This document shows, piece after piece, positions 24,917-38,699 of a stretch of 58,043 nt of DNA. Both the position numbers and the translations under genes were made by a program. A model generated the notes under the pieces. It worked only from the letters and a program-made list of their open reading frames with translations, made no database searches and was not told the origin of the DNA. Source of the stretch: Chiloscyllium plagiosum (lineage: Eukaryota); assembly GCF_004010195.1 (NCBI RefSeq), contig NC_057735.1, forward strand, positions 40,103,600 to 40,161,642, given 5' to 3'. Every line of letters begins with the position of its first letter. Position 1 is the stretch's first letter.

Positions 24917-27900
24917 GCGTTTCCTGATTAAGACTCACTGCATGTTTATTCTATACCACTGTTAAGCAAGTAGGTTGCAATTCCCATGTCACAAAATCCC
25001 TAAAAGACAATCAATATGTTTGCACTGTAAACATTTGTTTTTTGTAAACTCAAGTGCTTAGAACTTAGCTAAGTCCGAAGGATTTCACACTCCTTAGCAC
25101 GTTTGCTTCTTTCTTTCTTTTCTTGTCTCCGTTCCCTATGGCCTTCTTTAATTAATTCCTGCACCATTTAGTCGCTTCTCTATCTTAGACCATTCTTTTG
25201 TGCCTTTTCCCTTTCATACCTTGATAAAATACAATTCTGTTTCTAACTTCTCTCAGTTCTGATGAATGGTCATTTGAGCTGAAACATTTCTCTCTAAAGA
25301 CGTGACTGGACTTGCTGAGTATTTCCAGTATTGTTTGACTTTTATAGAGAAATCTTACTTTAAAACAATGATAAACCCACTGAAGATTCTCTGGCCTTTT
25401 GAACTGCAAATCTCATTCAAGGACGTCAGAATAAATTCTATATTCTGCTTCTTATGGAGAATATGACAGGTTAGATTCCACACAGCAACATATCTGCACA
25501 CAACTGCAGTCAAATGTGCAGTTCCCACACATAACAATCAACATTCCTGAAAAGGTATTGCCAAACTGGAAGTATTACATGTAAGCTGCACGTAGACCCT
25601 AAAGTGCATTAAGTCATGCATCAATGTAAACTGATCTGTCTCACGTCAGAAAGCAAATAGAATAGAAACTTCAGCATCGATTTGACCTTGACATTATAAA
25701 GTTGATGATGAGCCCAACTTTAGGTCTCATCACAACTGATTGAGAAAATTTAGAGCAAGAACCAGATTAGAAATTGCGTTGACAGGCAATTACCAAATGA
25801 ATTAGAATGAGAAAGATATTTTATGCCGACAATTGATTAAATACTTAACTAACGTTGATTTCAATGCAGGCTACTAATATGTTGGGTTTGGATATCCTTG
25901 AGTGCTTTCCACTCACAATGGACTTTTTCAATGCAAGAGGGTCAAAGTTGGAGACAACTAAGCAGCTAAGGCATTGGTACATGATTCATTTTGCACTGTG
26001 TGGAATTCAGGGCACATGAAATATCAGTACTCAGAGTCACGTATGTCCTGCTGCTTTCTCTGTCTTGGTTTCCTTCTTCATACATGGTACATCACAGTGA
26101 CATATTTGCTGACATGAGGTTGTCACATACATATAGCCTGGTGACATCCATTTCTACCACTCCACCACTTCTCCTCGCCCAATCGCATCTGTTTACTCAC
26201 AGATCTGATATCCAGTGTTATGTTTCTCCTGGTTGTACCTTGGGAAGACTTATCTTTGATACTTGCTTAAACTTTGTACTATTGCCAAATATTTCACTTG
26301 GCTGAACTCAATTGCTTCTGATCTCACTATGATATTCAACACCGATCTGAACTTTGAATTCCATACTCTCTTCATGACTAAGACTGTTGACATGTGCCTC
26401 TGTAAACTGTCCACGAAAACCCTCATCCATGTCTTGGTCACCTCCAGACTCAAACTGTCTCCTCCTGTCCACCATCCTCTGCTAACTTTAGTTTGCTCAA
26501 ACCTCCTATTCGGATTCCTATTCCTCGCTATGTTCCCTTCCCTCATCATCATTGTCCTCATCGATCCCTATCATGTGGTCCATCTTAGTTCCACCACACC
26601 TCCAAATAAAAATGCTCAATCAGCTTTTCACATTTTCACTTGCTTTGGCCCTCTATATTCTGATATATTCTCTATGCCCCAGGCCTTCCAATTCCACCTG
26701 AATTGTGCCTATGCTTTCAGCCATGCAATATTCATGCTTTGGAATCTACTCTAACTCTTCCAACAAATTCTCCATTCCAAGAGCTCACCTTTTGTCGCCC
26801 CAACCAATATCACCTCTTTTTAAATTTGTGTTCTTTTCCCCTTTTCAATTTTTCTTATTCCTCTTTGAAGCACATTGATATTTCTTCAATGTTAAAGATG
26901 CTGTTAAGTCAAAGTTGGTGTTGATTTCTTAACATTGCTGCCGTTGCACAAGAGGACCTTACCAATCAGTTGGAATCAATAATGAGCACCAAATGTATTT
27001 TGGGCTGAGGATAGAGTTGCCAACTTGGGCTGATCATAGATGCTATCCTCAACCCTGGTCCCTACACTCTTGTTTTGCCATCCTCCATGTCCATTCTGCA
27101 CCCCACTGCTTTCCATAACAATTGGAAAACTAACAGACTTGTCTTCTCCAGTTGGATAATCCTTGACCATCAGTCAAACAACCTTTTACTTTCCTTTCGA
27201 TCTCTGATTGTTTAATGCCTTCTCCTCTGAGTTTGTTCCTGGAGTGTCTGCTGTTGTATCTAGCAAAGTAATCTCCAATTCATAGAGATTCCTGGCCAAT
27301 CTAGGAGGTTTGGCAACTCTAATCAACAACAGCAAGCTTTGGAAAGAAGATTATCTGACGCTGTCAGTTGCTCTGAGAGATCAATTTTCATCTTATCCTT
27401 TGGTGGTGAGTCTCACTTATGGCCAAGACTGTGTATGCTTGCTGTTAGTGGACATTGGGACTGAGGGGCCATTCCTGGCTGGAGTGGCTGCAAATACTTT
27501 CAAGGAGTTGCTGGCCATACATCATGCCCTGGCCTCTCTCAGTTCAACTGGTGCCGAAGAGCCAGTAGAATTGGATCCTGATCCCCCCATAGCCTCCCTT
27601 GCCACTACGCCATCAGAAAGCCACCCCAAAAGAGTTAGCAATTTGACTTTTGGTTATAAGTCATGTAAGGGTTAACTGAAACCTTGATGAAGTGACATTT
27701 GTGAACTCTGTCAATCACTCTTAGTTGACAGGTAGCTGAACTGTGCCCTTTAAAGCCATTTTTCCCTTGAGTTTAAATTAGTTTCCAAATAAATGTAGAT
27801 TTAAGATTCAGAGGTTACCTGGATTTCCAAGTTTCAACTTTCCCTTTTCTTTTGCAATAAAAATAAAACTAGAATCTTAGAATTATAGATTTGTACAGGT

Positions 27901-30029
27901 CAGCCAATCCCAGCTATTATAAAGAATAAAACAGTTGGTCTCACCACCAAACCCACCCCACCATCCCCCTCCCCCCACCCTCCTCCCCTTTACTGAAATC
28001 CTGGCAGTTTTATTCCATCAAGTATTTATCTGATTCCCTTTTTGAAGGCTATTATCAATTTTAAGTAACTGAGGAAAAGAAACCTGGCTTTATTCATCCT
28101 TAAAACAATACATAATAATGGAGCTTGTTCTTATATTCCAGATGAGATTTTATCCAAAACAGTTTGCAGTATGATCAATTATCCTTGATAATGACCATCT
28201 CTAACAAGACAGATCTAACCATCTCCAGTTGATATTCAACTGCATTACTGAATTCCCCACCTTCAACAGTATCCTGAGTTTACCACTGACCACAAACTTA
28301 GCTGGACATTTTCTTTTGGTTACTGGAACAGACCAGAACCTGAGAATTCTATGAAGCACAGTTCACTTCTGGGATTCCTCAACTCCACCATTTACAAGAC
28401 CCGAGGATTGTGACTGAATACTCCCCACTTGGATGAGTGCAGTTTCAAAGACATTCAAGAAGCTCAACACCATCTGGACAAAGTCATTCTCTTGATTGGT
28501 ATCCCATTCATTACTGAACCATTGCCTCACTCCAAGCTTCAGAGACATAAAGCCCTGGTTGCAACACAGCCGGAGGCACCAGAAGTAGGTTCTAGGTACA
28601 ACACCTCAGCATGAAGGTGCTGGACCTTGGAGGAAGTGTGTTGTGAATTCACCAATGACATCTGGACTGCAAGGTTTAAACTAGCAGGAGTAATAACACC
28701 AACTAAGGTTCTAACCCCTAAAACTGAGGAAATGAAGATGCATTTTGATGACATTTTTTTCAAGATATTAAGGAGAACAATTAGGGTCAATAGAGCATTT
28801 CCAAGCGTGTCTCTAGGACTAGGGGCCAGAGTCTAAAATTTAAGACAAAGGATGAAATTTAAAAACACAAAAAGGTGGTTAGAATTTGGAAACAGCAACT
28901 GGTGTTAGACCAGTCATTCATTTAAAACCTGGGATTGAAACTGATTTCTTTGCTGAAGTTCGGCGGGGCGGTGTGGACTTGTTGGGCCGAAGGGCCTGTT
29001 TCCACACTGTAAGTAATCTAATCTACTCAAATATGAAGGGATATGGAGCCTGGGCAAGTCTATGGAGTTTGTCCACTGAGCGTGTTGAATGGCAGAACAG
29101 GCTCGAGGGACTGAATGGCCTCCTGATCCTCTGCTTCTTTTAGAATCTTTGTGTCTAATTGTGGCAGATACTGGGGATCAAACATTAGGATTGTGGATCA
29201 ACTGTGATTCTACTGGGACAAAGGAGAGGAGGAATTTCTTCTGTCAGAGGGTAGTGAATCTGCGGAATTCTTTACCAGAGAGACCGTGGAGGTTGGATCA
29301 TTTGATATATTCAGGGTTAAGATAGAGAGATTGGGAAAAGACGAGAAAGTGGACTTGAGAATGATCAGATTAACCATGATCTCTTTGAATGGTGGAGGGA
29401 CTGAAATGGCCTCCTTCTGCTCCTATGAATTAAGGTCTTATGAACATTGGCAGAAGTGTACATCTATAATATTCACTGCAATGACAATTTAAGGTTCTTC
29501 AGGTAGCATATTCTGAACCCATGACCTTTACCACCTAGAACGTCAAGGGCAATAGACATCTGGGAATACCACAACCTGCCACTCACTCTCCAAGTGACAC
29601 ACCGTCCTGACTTGGAAACCTATTGTGAATGCTTCATCATTACTGGGTCAAATACCTAGAACTTCCTTCTGAACAGGAGGATGTACATAAAACTCATGGA
29701 CTGCATTGGTTTTGAAAGGCAGCTCATTGCCACCTTCACAAGGACTATCTTAACAATCATCTGTGAGAGTTTTATCTGTTTGTTTGGCCACATCACAAAA
29801 ATAGGTTTGATGCAGTTGCTACAATCTGACTGATGAGGGATGTGGATTTAAACCTGAACATGGAGTGCCAGAAGAGGAGAGGAGAACTGTAGGGCACAAA
29901 GAAAATACAGGTGTGGTTTAGAATCATTGGTACCATGTTTAACTAAAATAATCCATTAGTTTATTATATTTTGTCTGAATCAGTTTTCTAAATAAGTTGT
30001 TTTATGCAACATCAAGCAACTCTGTGGGT

Positions 30030-30525
30030 TACCTGCTATGGGAGGGATATTATTAAATTGGAGAGGATGCAGAAAAGATTTACCAGGATGTTATCAGGAC
30101 TGGAGAGTTTGAGTCATAGGGATAGATTGGATAAGCTGGGATGATTTTCACTGGAGCATAGGAAATTGAGGGGTGACCTTATACAGGTTTATATAATCAT
30201 GAGGGGCTTCGATAAAGTGGATAGCAAAGGCCTTTTTCTTAGGGTTGGGAAGTTCAAAACTAAAAGGCATAATTTTAAGGTGAGAGGAGAAAGACTTAAA
30301 GAGACTTGAGGACCACCTTTTTCATGCAGAGCATAGTTTGTATATGGAATGAATTGCAAGAGGAAGTGGTAGTTGCAGGTACAATTACAACATTTTTCAT
30401 AGGTACATGAGTGGGAAAGGTTTAGGAAACACAGACAAATGGGACTAGTTTATTTGGGAAACTTGGTCAACATGGACTAGTTAGATTGAAGGGTCTGTTT
30501 CTGTCCTGTATGACCTATATGACAA
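30030..30525 (+). mobile_element. CR1 LINE 3' fragment
   Basis: Motifs LERMQKRFTRMLSGLE and LEHRKLRGDLIQVY; 3' tail. Confidence 0.75.
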
Positions 30526-32629
30526 TTAGGGATTACAATAAATACTGGTCTTTGTTGTTGATGATATTCTCATTCCTGAATAAGAAATTACACAGTTGGT
30601 GGGGATTGATCTTTGTAATGCTGAGAGGGTATCAGCTGTTATATGTCCTGCTGTCTATTGGAGTGGGTGAAATTGGTTATCAGGAGAGATGCCAAGTGTG
30701 GTAAGGAGGTGATCCAATACTTTCCAAGCACAACTATAGCAACCAAACTTCTATTCATCAAGCGTAGGAATGTTGATGTTAATGATCAGTCTTCATGGTC
30801 AAATCCACTTCTCATATGTTTGTGTGGTGCCGGTTATCTCGTGTTTGTGAGGGGTGAATTTTAAGCTGAATTGTACACTGAAAATCAAACCGGAAATGTG
30901 TAATTACTCTAAATGGCGCCTCTGTAGCAACCACATTCCAATTGTATAGGGGTGGGGATGAATTCAACAGCACTGAGCAATTCTCCTGCAAGTATATGGT
31001 AAGATTGTTTTTCCATAGATATTCAGATTTATCTGGTAATCCGATTTGGCAGGAGGCATAAGTGATGTTAAATAATGATAATAAAGGTTCGTTTCTGAAC
31101 CTGAAATAGTGTTTTTTTGTGTGTGAAATGCTAACCTGCCTTGACTTCAGTCAGAAAACACTGTCTTGCTGAAGTTTCCATTACCCAGATGAACACAACG
31201 ACAGAAACAGGTTTTCCTTCATTCCAGTCTAATTCTTAATTAAACATTGTGTAGCTGCCAACCTCAACACCTTAATAAGAAAGACTAATAAACAAAATGA
31301 TGATAGAAATTGAAAAAATTCAACAACGTCACTATTCTTAAGATCACGATTTCCCATAAATTCAGTATGTTGTTGTGTAAAATATTATACAAGGGACCTG
31401 TTAGGATTCTTTTGAATGTCTAGAGACAGTGGCAGCTGGAAATTCCCACTCCATATCTGTGTACTCATTCTTGATTGCTCTTTAGCTTCAGTTGTATAGT
31501 CAGGCAAAACTCAAGGTCTGGGTGTGGGCTGGGGGTGTCTGGGGTTAGAGGGGAATGGAATTTCCACAGTGCTGTAAATCTATCATCTATCCCCAAACAA
31601 TAGTTAACCAAACATTGCTTCTTGTGGTGACTAATCTGTCCTTTTCTGCACCAGGTTTGATCTATTTGATCTTTCTCCTGACAAATGAACGCCTATTTAT
31701 AAGTCTTGTAGCATTTTTACTTTTTTTCCCCTTCTTGTTATACTGATTTCTTTTTTGTTCTTTTACAGAAAAGCTAAAGTCACAGAGTGCACAGGCCCGT
31801 AATGTAGGCAGAAGTGAGTGTCTAAAGGTCTAACCAGTTCTTAGGTTTCGGGGCTCTTCACAGGATCCTTGTTGTGATATTCTGCCACAGCGCTAACTAG
31901 GCCAGCTTCTTTTTACTCAACTCTAATTACTCTTGCAAAGGTGATATTGAGCTGCAGCCCACCTGGTGTAGATGCACCCTCAATGCTCTTAGGAAAGGAG
32001 ATGCAGGATTTTGACTCAGTATCAGTGAAGGAATAGGACCCAGAGTCACAGCCACAGGGTGAAGGAACAACCCATTATAACTAAGATGAGGAGGACTTTC
32101 TTCAGCCAGAGGGTAGTAACTCTATGAAACTCACTGCTGCAGTGGGCTGCAGAGGCCAAGGCGTTGACTGTATTTAAGACAGAGGTAGAGATGTTTTTGA
32201 TTAGTAAAGGGCTCAAGGATTACAGGGAGAAAGCAGGAGAGAGGGGTTGAGATACATGATCAGCCATGATCAAATGGTAGAGAAGACTCAATGGGCTAGT
32301 TCTACTTCTGTATCTTATGGAATAACAATATAACTCCAAATTGGGATGCTGTATCACTTTGGGGGGAATTACAGACACAGTGGTAAATTCAGTAAATGTA
32401 ATGCTGTTGAATGTTAGGATGGTTAGATTCTTTATTGTTGAAGATGGTCATTGGTGAGCACTTTCATTACTTGTCATTTGTTTAATGCTTGTTGCATATG
32501 AACCCAGGCTCCTTCGATCACTGAGGAGTTGTGAACAGTGCTGAACATTGTCCCATCATCAGTAAACATCTCCACTTTTAATCTGATATTAGAGATGCCA
32601 TTTATTTGAATGATATGTTCGATTGATAC

Positions 32630-32800
32630 CTGATCTTTCTGCTCAGGTAGGTTTAAAACATCCCATGGCACTCTTTTGAGGAGGAAGAAGGGAGTTATCC
32701 CTGATCTCCTGTCTAACATTTACTCTTAAATATAGTACAGCACATGAATTAGCTGCCATATTTCCTGTATTATAACAATGAGAATACTTCAAAGGTACCT
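32630..32800 (+). mobile_element. DeuSINE-like fragment
   Basis: aaaacatcccatggcactcttttgaggagg..ggagttatccctg resembles the Deu domain; related copies at about 43810-44010 (-) and 44790-45040 (+). Confidence 0.55.
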
Positions 32801-33184
32801 TAAACAAGAGTCATGATGCTGAAATGTTTCATCTTGAATTTACCAGAAACAATGGAAGATTGTCAAATTTCAAAAGACTACAACCATTTAAACTACAGGA
32901 GAAAGTGTTGCTGATCTATTGACAGGTCAGCTCTGATTGGTTGAAGATTTATGGACTCCCCAAGCTTCAGGGTAATTCAAGAATGTGCAAAACTTGAATG
33001 TTTTCCTTTTGTTTTCAGGGAATGAGTTCCTGTGTATGAGTGGATGTTGCTTTTAGCAAACATAAATAAACTACGTTATGAACTCAACTGATCACCTTTA
33101 ATTGGTTGTTAGCTATGAGCACACTCAGGATTATTCAGCAAGGGACATCCAATCACTAAAACACATTAGAGTTTTGCAAGTTAG

Positions 33185-33380
33185 ATTTTTAGATTAGATT
33201 ACATTACAGTGTGGAAACAGGCCCTTCGGCCCAACAAGTCCACACCGACCCGCCGAAGCGCAACCCACCCATACCCCTACATTTATCCCTTACTTAACAC
33301 TACGGGCAATTTAGCATGGCCAATTCACCTAACCTGCACATCTTTGGACTGTGGGAGGAAACCGGAGCACCCGGAGGAAA
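33185..33380 (-). mobile_element. HE1/V-SINE-like element, 3' part, runs into the gap
   Basis: Conserved core ttagcatggccaattcacctaacctgcacatctttggactgtgggagg and (TAATC)n tail. Confidence 0.8.
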
Positions 33381-33675
33381 NNNNNNNNNNNNNNNNNNNN
33401 NNNNNNNNNNNNNNNNNNNNNNNNNNNNNNNNNNNNNNNNNNNNNNNNNNNNNNNNNNNNNNNNNNNNNNNNNNNNNNNNNNNNNNNNNNNNNNNNNNNN
33501 NNNNNNNNNNNNNNNNNNNNNNNNNNNNNNNNNNNNNNNNNNNNNNNNNNNNNNNNNNNNNNNNNNNNNNNNNNNNNNNNNNNNNNNNNNNNNNNNNNNN
33601 NNNNNNNNNNNNNNNNNNNNNNNNNNNNNNNNNNNNNNNNNNNNNNNNNNNNNNNNNNNNNNNNNNNNNNNNNNN
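33381..33675. other. Assembly gap
   Basis: Run of N. Confidence 1.
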
Positions 33676-34649
33676 AGTTTAATTGGGAGATTCTTTGCCC
33701 TGCAGATGGTCTCATTGGCTTCCTTGAATAGGAAGGGTTTGGAGGGTGTTGGCAGGTGGGACTAGATTGGGTTGGGATGTCTGGTTGGCATGGATGGGTT
33801 GGACCGAAGGGTCTGTTTCCTTGCTGGACATGTCTATGACTCTATGACTGTACTGTCTGATCATCTGGTATTGTGCAAGATCACTTGGATATTTCTACAG
33901 CATATCTTTAAATATACGCTTTCTTTTCCTTTTGGGAAATATTGGGGGGATTTGCAGCCTTTCTAGCAGCTCACTGAACCATCTCATCAACACTCCTTTT
34001 GTGGCCAAAAGTCCTGACAGGAATCGGAGGTTCTTGTTGAAAGGTTAAGATGTTACCTTACATTGCAGCACAGGCTTTCATATGTGGAAGTGAAAATGTG
34101 TCAGGGAGCTGACCTGATGCACCTTCTTCAGATTTTACACTCATTTGGCCTCCAGCCTCCTTCCATGGGGCTGGGAAGATTCCAACCATTCAGGTCCTTC
34201 CTCCTCTCAGAGCTACGATTTAAATCAGATCTTCTTCCTTACCTGTCTTTACTTGTCTTCACTGAGGTAAGCACTCCTCACCTAAAACCACCAATTTAAA
34301 TTCTGTACGTTGGTGCTTCAATACCACCATGGCCTCACCTCTCCCTACCTCTGTAACATCTCCTAACAATAGAATTACCCTCCTTTCCCCTTCGCAATGA
34401 ATTGTTCCCCTAAATGTGTCCTTTCATGCACTATGTCATATTCAACTCAAAGGTATATTCCAAGTTAAACTAATGAATTTTGCAAGTGCCCTTTTCTAGC
34501 AAAGTGCTGTTTACTACGTTTATCCAATTTCAAGATTATTGTGTATGCATGATTCGGAGATGCCGGTGTTGGACTGGGGTGTACAAAGTTAAAAATCACA
34601 CAACACCAGGTTATAGTCCAACAGGTTTAATTGGAAGCACACTAGCTTT

Positions 34650-34779
34650 NNNNNNNNNNNNNNNNNNNNNNNNNNNNNNNNNNNNNNNNNNNNNNNNNNN
34701 NNNNNNNNNNNNNNNNNNNNNNNNNNNNNNNNNNNNNNNNNNNNNNNNNNNNNNNNNNNNNNNNNNNNNNNNNNNNNNN
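34650..34779. other. Assembly gap
   Basis: Run of N. Confidence 1.
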
Positions 34780-34938
34780 TTTGGACTGTGGGAGGAAACC
34801 GGAGCACCCGGAGGAAACCCACGCAGACACGGGGAGAACGTGCAAACTCCACACAGTCAGTCGCCTAAGTCGGGAATTGAACCCGGGTCTCTGGTGCTGC
34901 GAGGCAGCAGTGCTAACCACTGTGCCACCGTGCCGCCC
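34780..34938 (-). mobile_element. Young HE1/V-SINE-like element, 5' part
   Basis: Minus strand GGGCGGCACGGTGGCACAGTGGTTAGC (A box)...GGTTCAATTCC (B box). Confidence 0.85.
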
Positions 34939-35819
34939 AATTGCTTCCAATTAAACCTGTTGGACTATAACCCGGTGTTGTGTGATCTTTAGCATTGTGT
35001 ATGCAGATTGATTCCCTTTATTTACAATTGGAGAAGTGATTACTTTTTGTTGAAAGAAAGTGTCTGTATTTCTTTAACTCCTTCTAAAACCTTAGGATAT
35101 CCCAGAGCTGTTAACTTCTAATGAAGTTCTTTTGAGGTATAGTCATGTAATTGAGCCAATTTACAAACAGTAATATCTGACAAATAGGAATACTGTAATG
35201 ACCAAACCATCAGTTTTAACAATGGCAGTTGAGACTGGATTTTTTAAAAATGCATTTTAAAAGGGAAAACATGTCTCTTGTCAGAAATGTGTAGTTACTT
35301 TATATATTTTGTAAATAAAACTGCAGAAGACAGATTCCTGTTTTGGTAAAAGGTTGCCGAGCAAGATAACATTCCTTTCTAACCATAAGCCTGAAGGAAT
35401 GAGAGCCATTCAAGTTAATGGTTGAGACAAGTCAAAAAGTTAATTACTTTAGTCAAACAACAATGGATGGCGCCAAGCTCTAGACTTGGGCTAACCAAAT
35501 ACCTCATATGAAGTATGATATGACAATTTGGAATGGCAGCCATTTTGAAATTTTAAGGGGTACAATAAGCTGATTATGAACAATTGTTTTGTGCACAGAT
35601 CTTAGGAGAAGACAGCACCAGCCACGACCTTCAGATAAACCACGTGGGTTTCCGGTGGATGCCCCAGTATCCTTCCACAGTTCAACGATGTGCATTTTGG
35701 CCATGGTAAATGCGGGGTTGCTGAGATACGGTAGGGGGCTGAATCTCAATGGGATGCTCTTCAGAAGTTTGGTGTAGATTCAATGACCCAAATGGCCTGT
35801 TTCTACACCGTAGGGATTC

Positions 35820-36055
35820 TGAAATAACTCCACAAAGGCCGGTATCCTATCACCAAATCACCCTTTGTTTAAATGTGCATAGTACTTGACACTGGTCTGG
35901 CTTCCTCAGAGTCAGCTCTCAGAATGAGCAGAACCTCTGACACCGCTGTTTTTATCTGTCAGTCAGGGTTCCCTGATTGGACCATGTTAACAGCTCCAGT
36001 CAGGGAACTCATATTCAATGAGGTCCACCTGGCTGACTTCATTATAATCTCTATA
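35820..36055 (-). mobile_element. Probable solo LTR inserted in a SINE tail
   Basis: 236 bp; TG at 35820 with the other end TA instead of CA; 5-bp GATTC flanks at 35815-35819 and 36056-36060. Confidence 0.55.
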
Positions 36056-38699
36056 GATTCTATGATTCTAAACTAACTGGTAACAGCATGTGAGAGTTGA
36101 GTTTTTTCTCTGTTACCAGGAATTACCCAGGAAAGTTCTCCTTGTTCTGCTGAAAAGGAATCCAGGTAATATAAATATGTCATGCTGATAGAGTCAGTGA
36201 GGAAAAAGGGCCTTCACTCGCTCACTGAAGACATTGTTCTTACTGAGGTCACTTACAAAGGAAATCTCTAACCACACAACTACCAAAGCCATTGCAGCTG
36301 TTGAAGCAGACTTCAAATTTCAATCTAAGTAAAATCCTAAAGCACGCTAGATGTGCAATGATTGTAGGGAATTATCTAATTTTTAATCCTTACTTTAAAT
36401 CTTTTGTGCCTGTATTTTAGCAAATACTTTTCCACCTTTTACTTCATGGAACTTTCAACAATTATTATGTAATAAGCCAACATTTGATCTCATTTCAAAC
36501 ATAAAGCTGGTTATTTTTAGATTGAAACGCATGAAAGCTAAAAGGGAGCTGCGTCTGAGCCTATACAAATGTTTGGATCACGGACCACTGTGAAGACATA
36601 GTTAGTGTGTGGCAACGGCATTTTTACATCTCGTCCCAGATCATAGGTTTATATTTTGGGTAGCTGAGGGTGAGGTGACAGGGTTAGACATTAGAACATT
36701 GGGAAAAGGTAGCAATAGGTAATTAGCATTCGTTTTGGATTAGTTTACAAATTAAATAGTAAAAAACATCCATTTGAAAAGGTGGCTGGGAGTTAGTTAT
36801 GTTGTGAACACTTGAGGACAGGGAGGTGACACAAGTAAACAGAATTTCAAAGCGGAGTAGGGGGAAACACTGTCTTTCCCCCACTTCCCGACTATAAAAT
36901 GCAAAGGAGTGTTCACTGTTTCACAACATCATTATAATGTATAATGAGCAGTGACCCATGAGTGGATGAACTGGTTCCACTCAGTCTATTGTGCATGGAA
37001 TGAATAGGCATACATGCATGTGGATTTCTCATTCCCTCAGTCTCTTGTGCCTCTGTGTTATCTCTTGTTCACTTTTCCTTTTCTCTTTCTGTCTTTCCTT
37101 CCTGTCTCCTGGTTGATGAATTTTTATCACCAAGATCCTGCAAACAAAGAAGCTGCATTTCCACTCTTCAGGCTTGTAGACTTTCTGTTTGGAATCTGCG
37201 TGAAATTATTTACCTTTGGTAAACTCCCACATGAGACAAAGTTCATGAGGCAGCATCGTGTTTTAAAACTTTCAACGCAACAAGCCACATTGTCCTATCT
37301 ACATCTACATAAAGACTTGTCATAAATCAGCTCCATTAGTGGAACTTTGAGATCATGTGCCTAAATTACAGACAGGAGTAAGCAGCTCTGACAGATGTCA
37401 AGACAATAGACTCTTTGAAATTGCCTGACCAGATGTCCAGTGATCTGATCCAAATCTTCAGACTTTGAATAGAGTTTGAATCAGAGAAATCGACGATTTT
37501 TTAAACATATGAAAAAATCACTGGATTTTTATTGTAATACTCAAATACAGTGTCTAGGTAATCCATTTAATATTAAGTTCTCAATATGTTTAGAAGAGGA
37601 TTTTATGCATTGGATAAAGTACTCTAAAGCACGTGAACATTCACTCAGTGTTGGTCAATTTAATAGTCGCATCCCTTAAAGACAGAGGTCAATGAACAAG
37701 CACTACATTGGACACATACATAATTAATCAAACACCATTATTTGAAGTGCCAAGACCTTTTTGACTTGCTTGTCAAAGGTCCTCATCAAGAGTGGGTACA
37801 GGGCATCATGAAATGAGACAGTAAACAGACAGAAGTCATTGTCCATATTGGCACAAATGACGAGGTGAGAAGAGTGATGACAATTCAGGGACTTAGGTAG
37901 GAAACTAAAAAACAGAGACAGAGTAAAATTGAACACATCGCTAAAGACCTGGTGTAAGGGGGTGGCTTTAGATATGTGGATCATTGGGATACCTTCCAGG
38001 GAATGTGGGACCTGTACAAGACAGATGGGTTGTACCTAATCTGGAGGAGCAACAATATCTTGGCAGGGAGGTTTAAGAGTGGGAGCATTTAAACTAGTGT
38101 GGTGGGGGATTGGGAACTGGAGCAGCAAGTCATTGGTATAGAGATTGGGTAAAATCTTGCATCTAAGGCCAAAGTGTATAAGTGCTGCCCTGATTTTCCT
38201 TTCTAAAATGCAACACCACACACTTATCAAAATTGAACTCCATCTGCCATTCCTAAGCCCATTGGTCCATCTGATCAAGAACCAATTTTACTCTGAGGTA
38301 ACCTATTCGCTGTTCACTACACTTCCAATTTTGGTGTCATCTGCAAGCTTACTAACTATATCTCCTATGTTCACATCTAAATCATTGATATAAATCATCG
38401 CACTCATTCACTCACACATACACACAATCATACTCAGAAACACCTATATATAACATAGATACACACACTGCCACACTCACACTAACGGATATATTCAGTT
38501 GCTCACAATTATGCCCTCTAGCTTCCCATAGTCACCACACATCACTTCATCTTCACTATTACTCTCTTCAGACTTGCATTTGCAGCTTTCTTTAAAACAC
38601 TGAATTAATATTTTGGAGAAATTTGAGTTGATGTTCTCTGGATTATAAACCAAGTGGCATAACCACAAGTCTAAAGAAGTGCAGCATGTACATAAGTTA

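Larger units (their letters stand above)
34550..34993. mobile_element. Second-family inverted-repeat (Penelope-like) element containing a gap and a SINE
   Basis: Arms 34590-34639/34942-34991; TSD ATTGTGTATGCA at 34538-34549 and 34994-35005. Confidence 0.65.

Noticed and set aside
26263-26754. 163-aa ORF
   Set aside because: Overlaps a decayed L2-like fragment (TLIHVLVTSRL); not a host gene.
33209-34992. Long ORFs in the ORF track
   Set aside because: Artefacts of N runs and SINE sequence.
30880-37000. Scattered GRHL/ETS-like motifs (about 30887, 31205, 36969)
   Set aside because: Isolated short matches are expected by chance; no conservation data.
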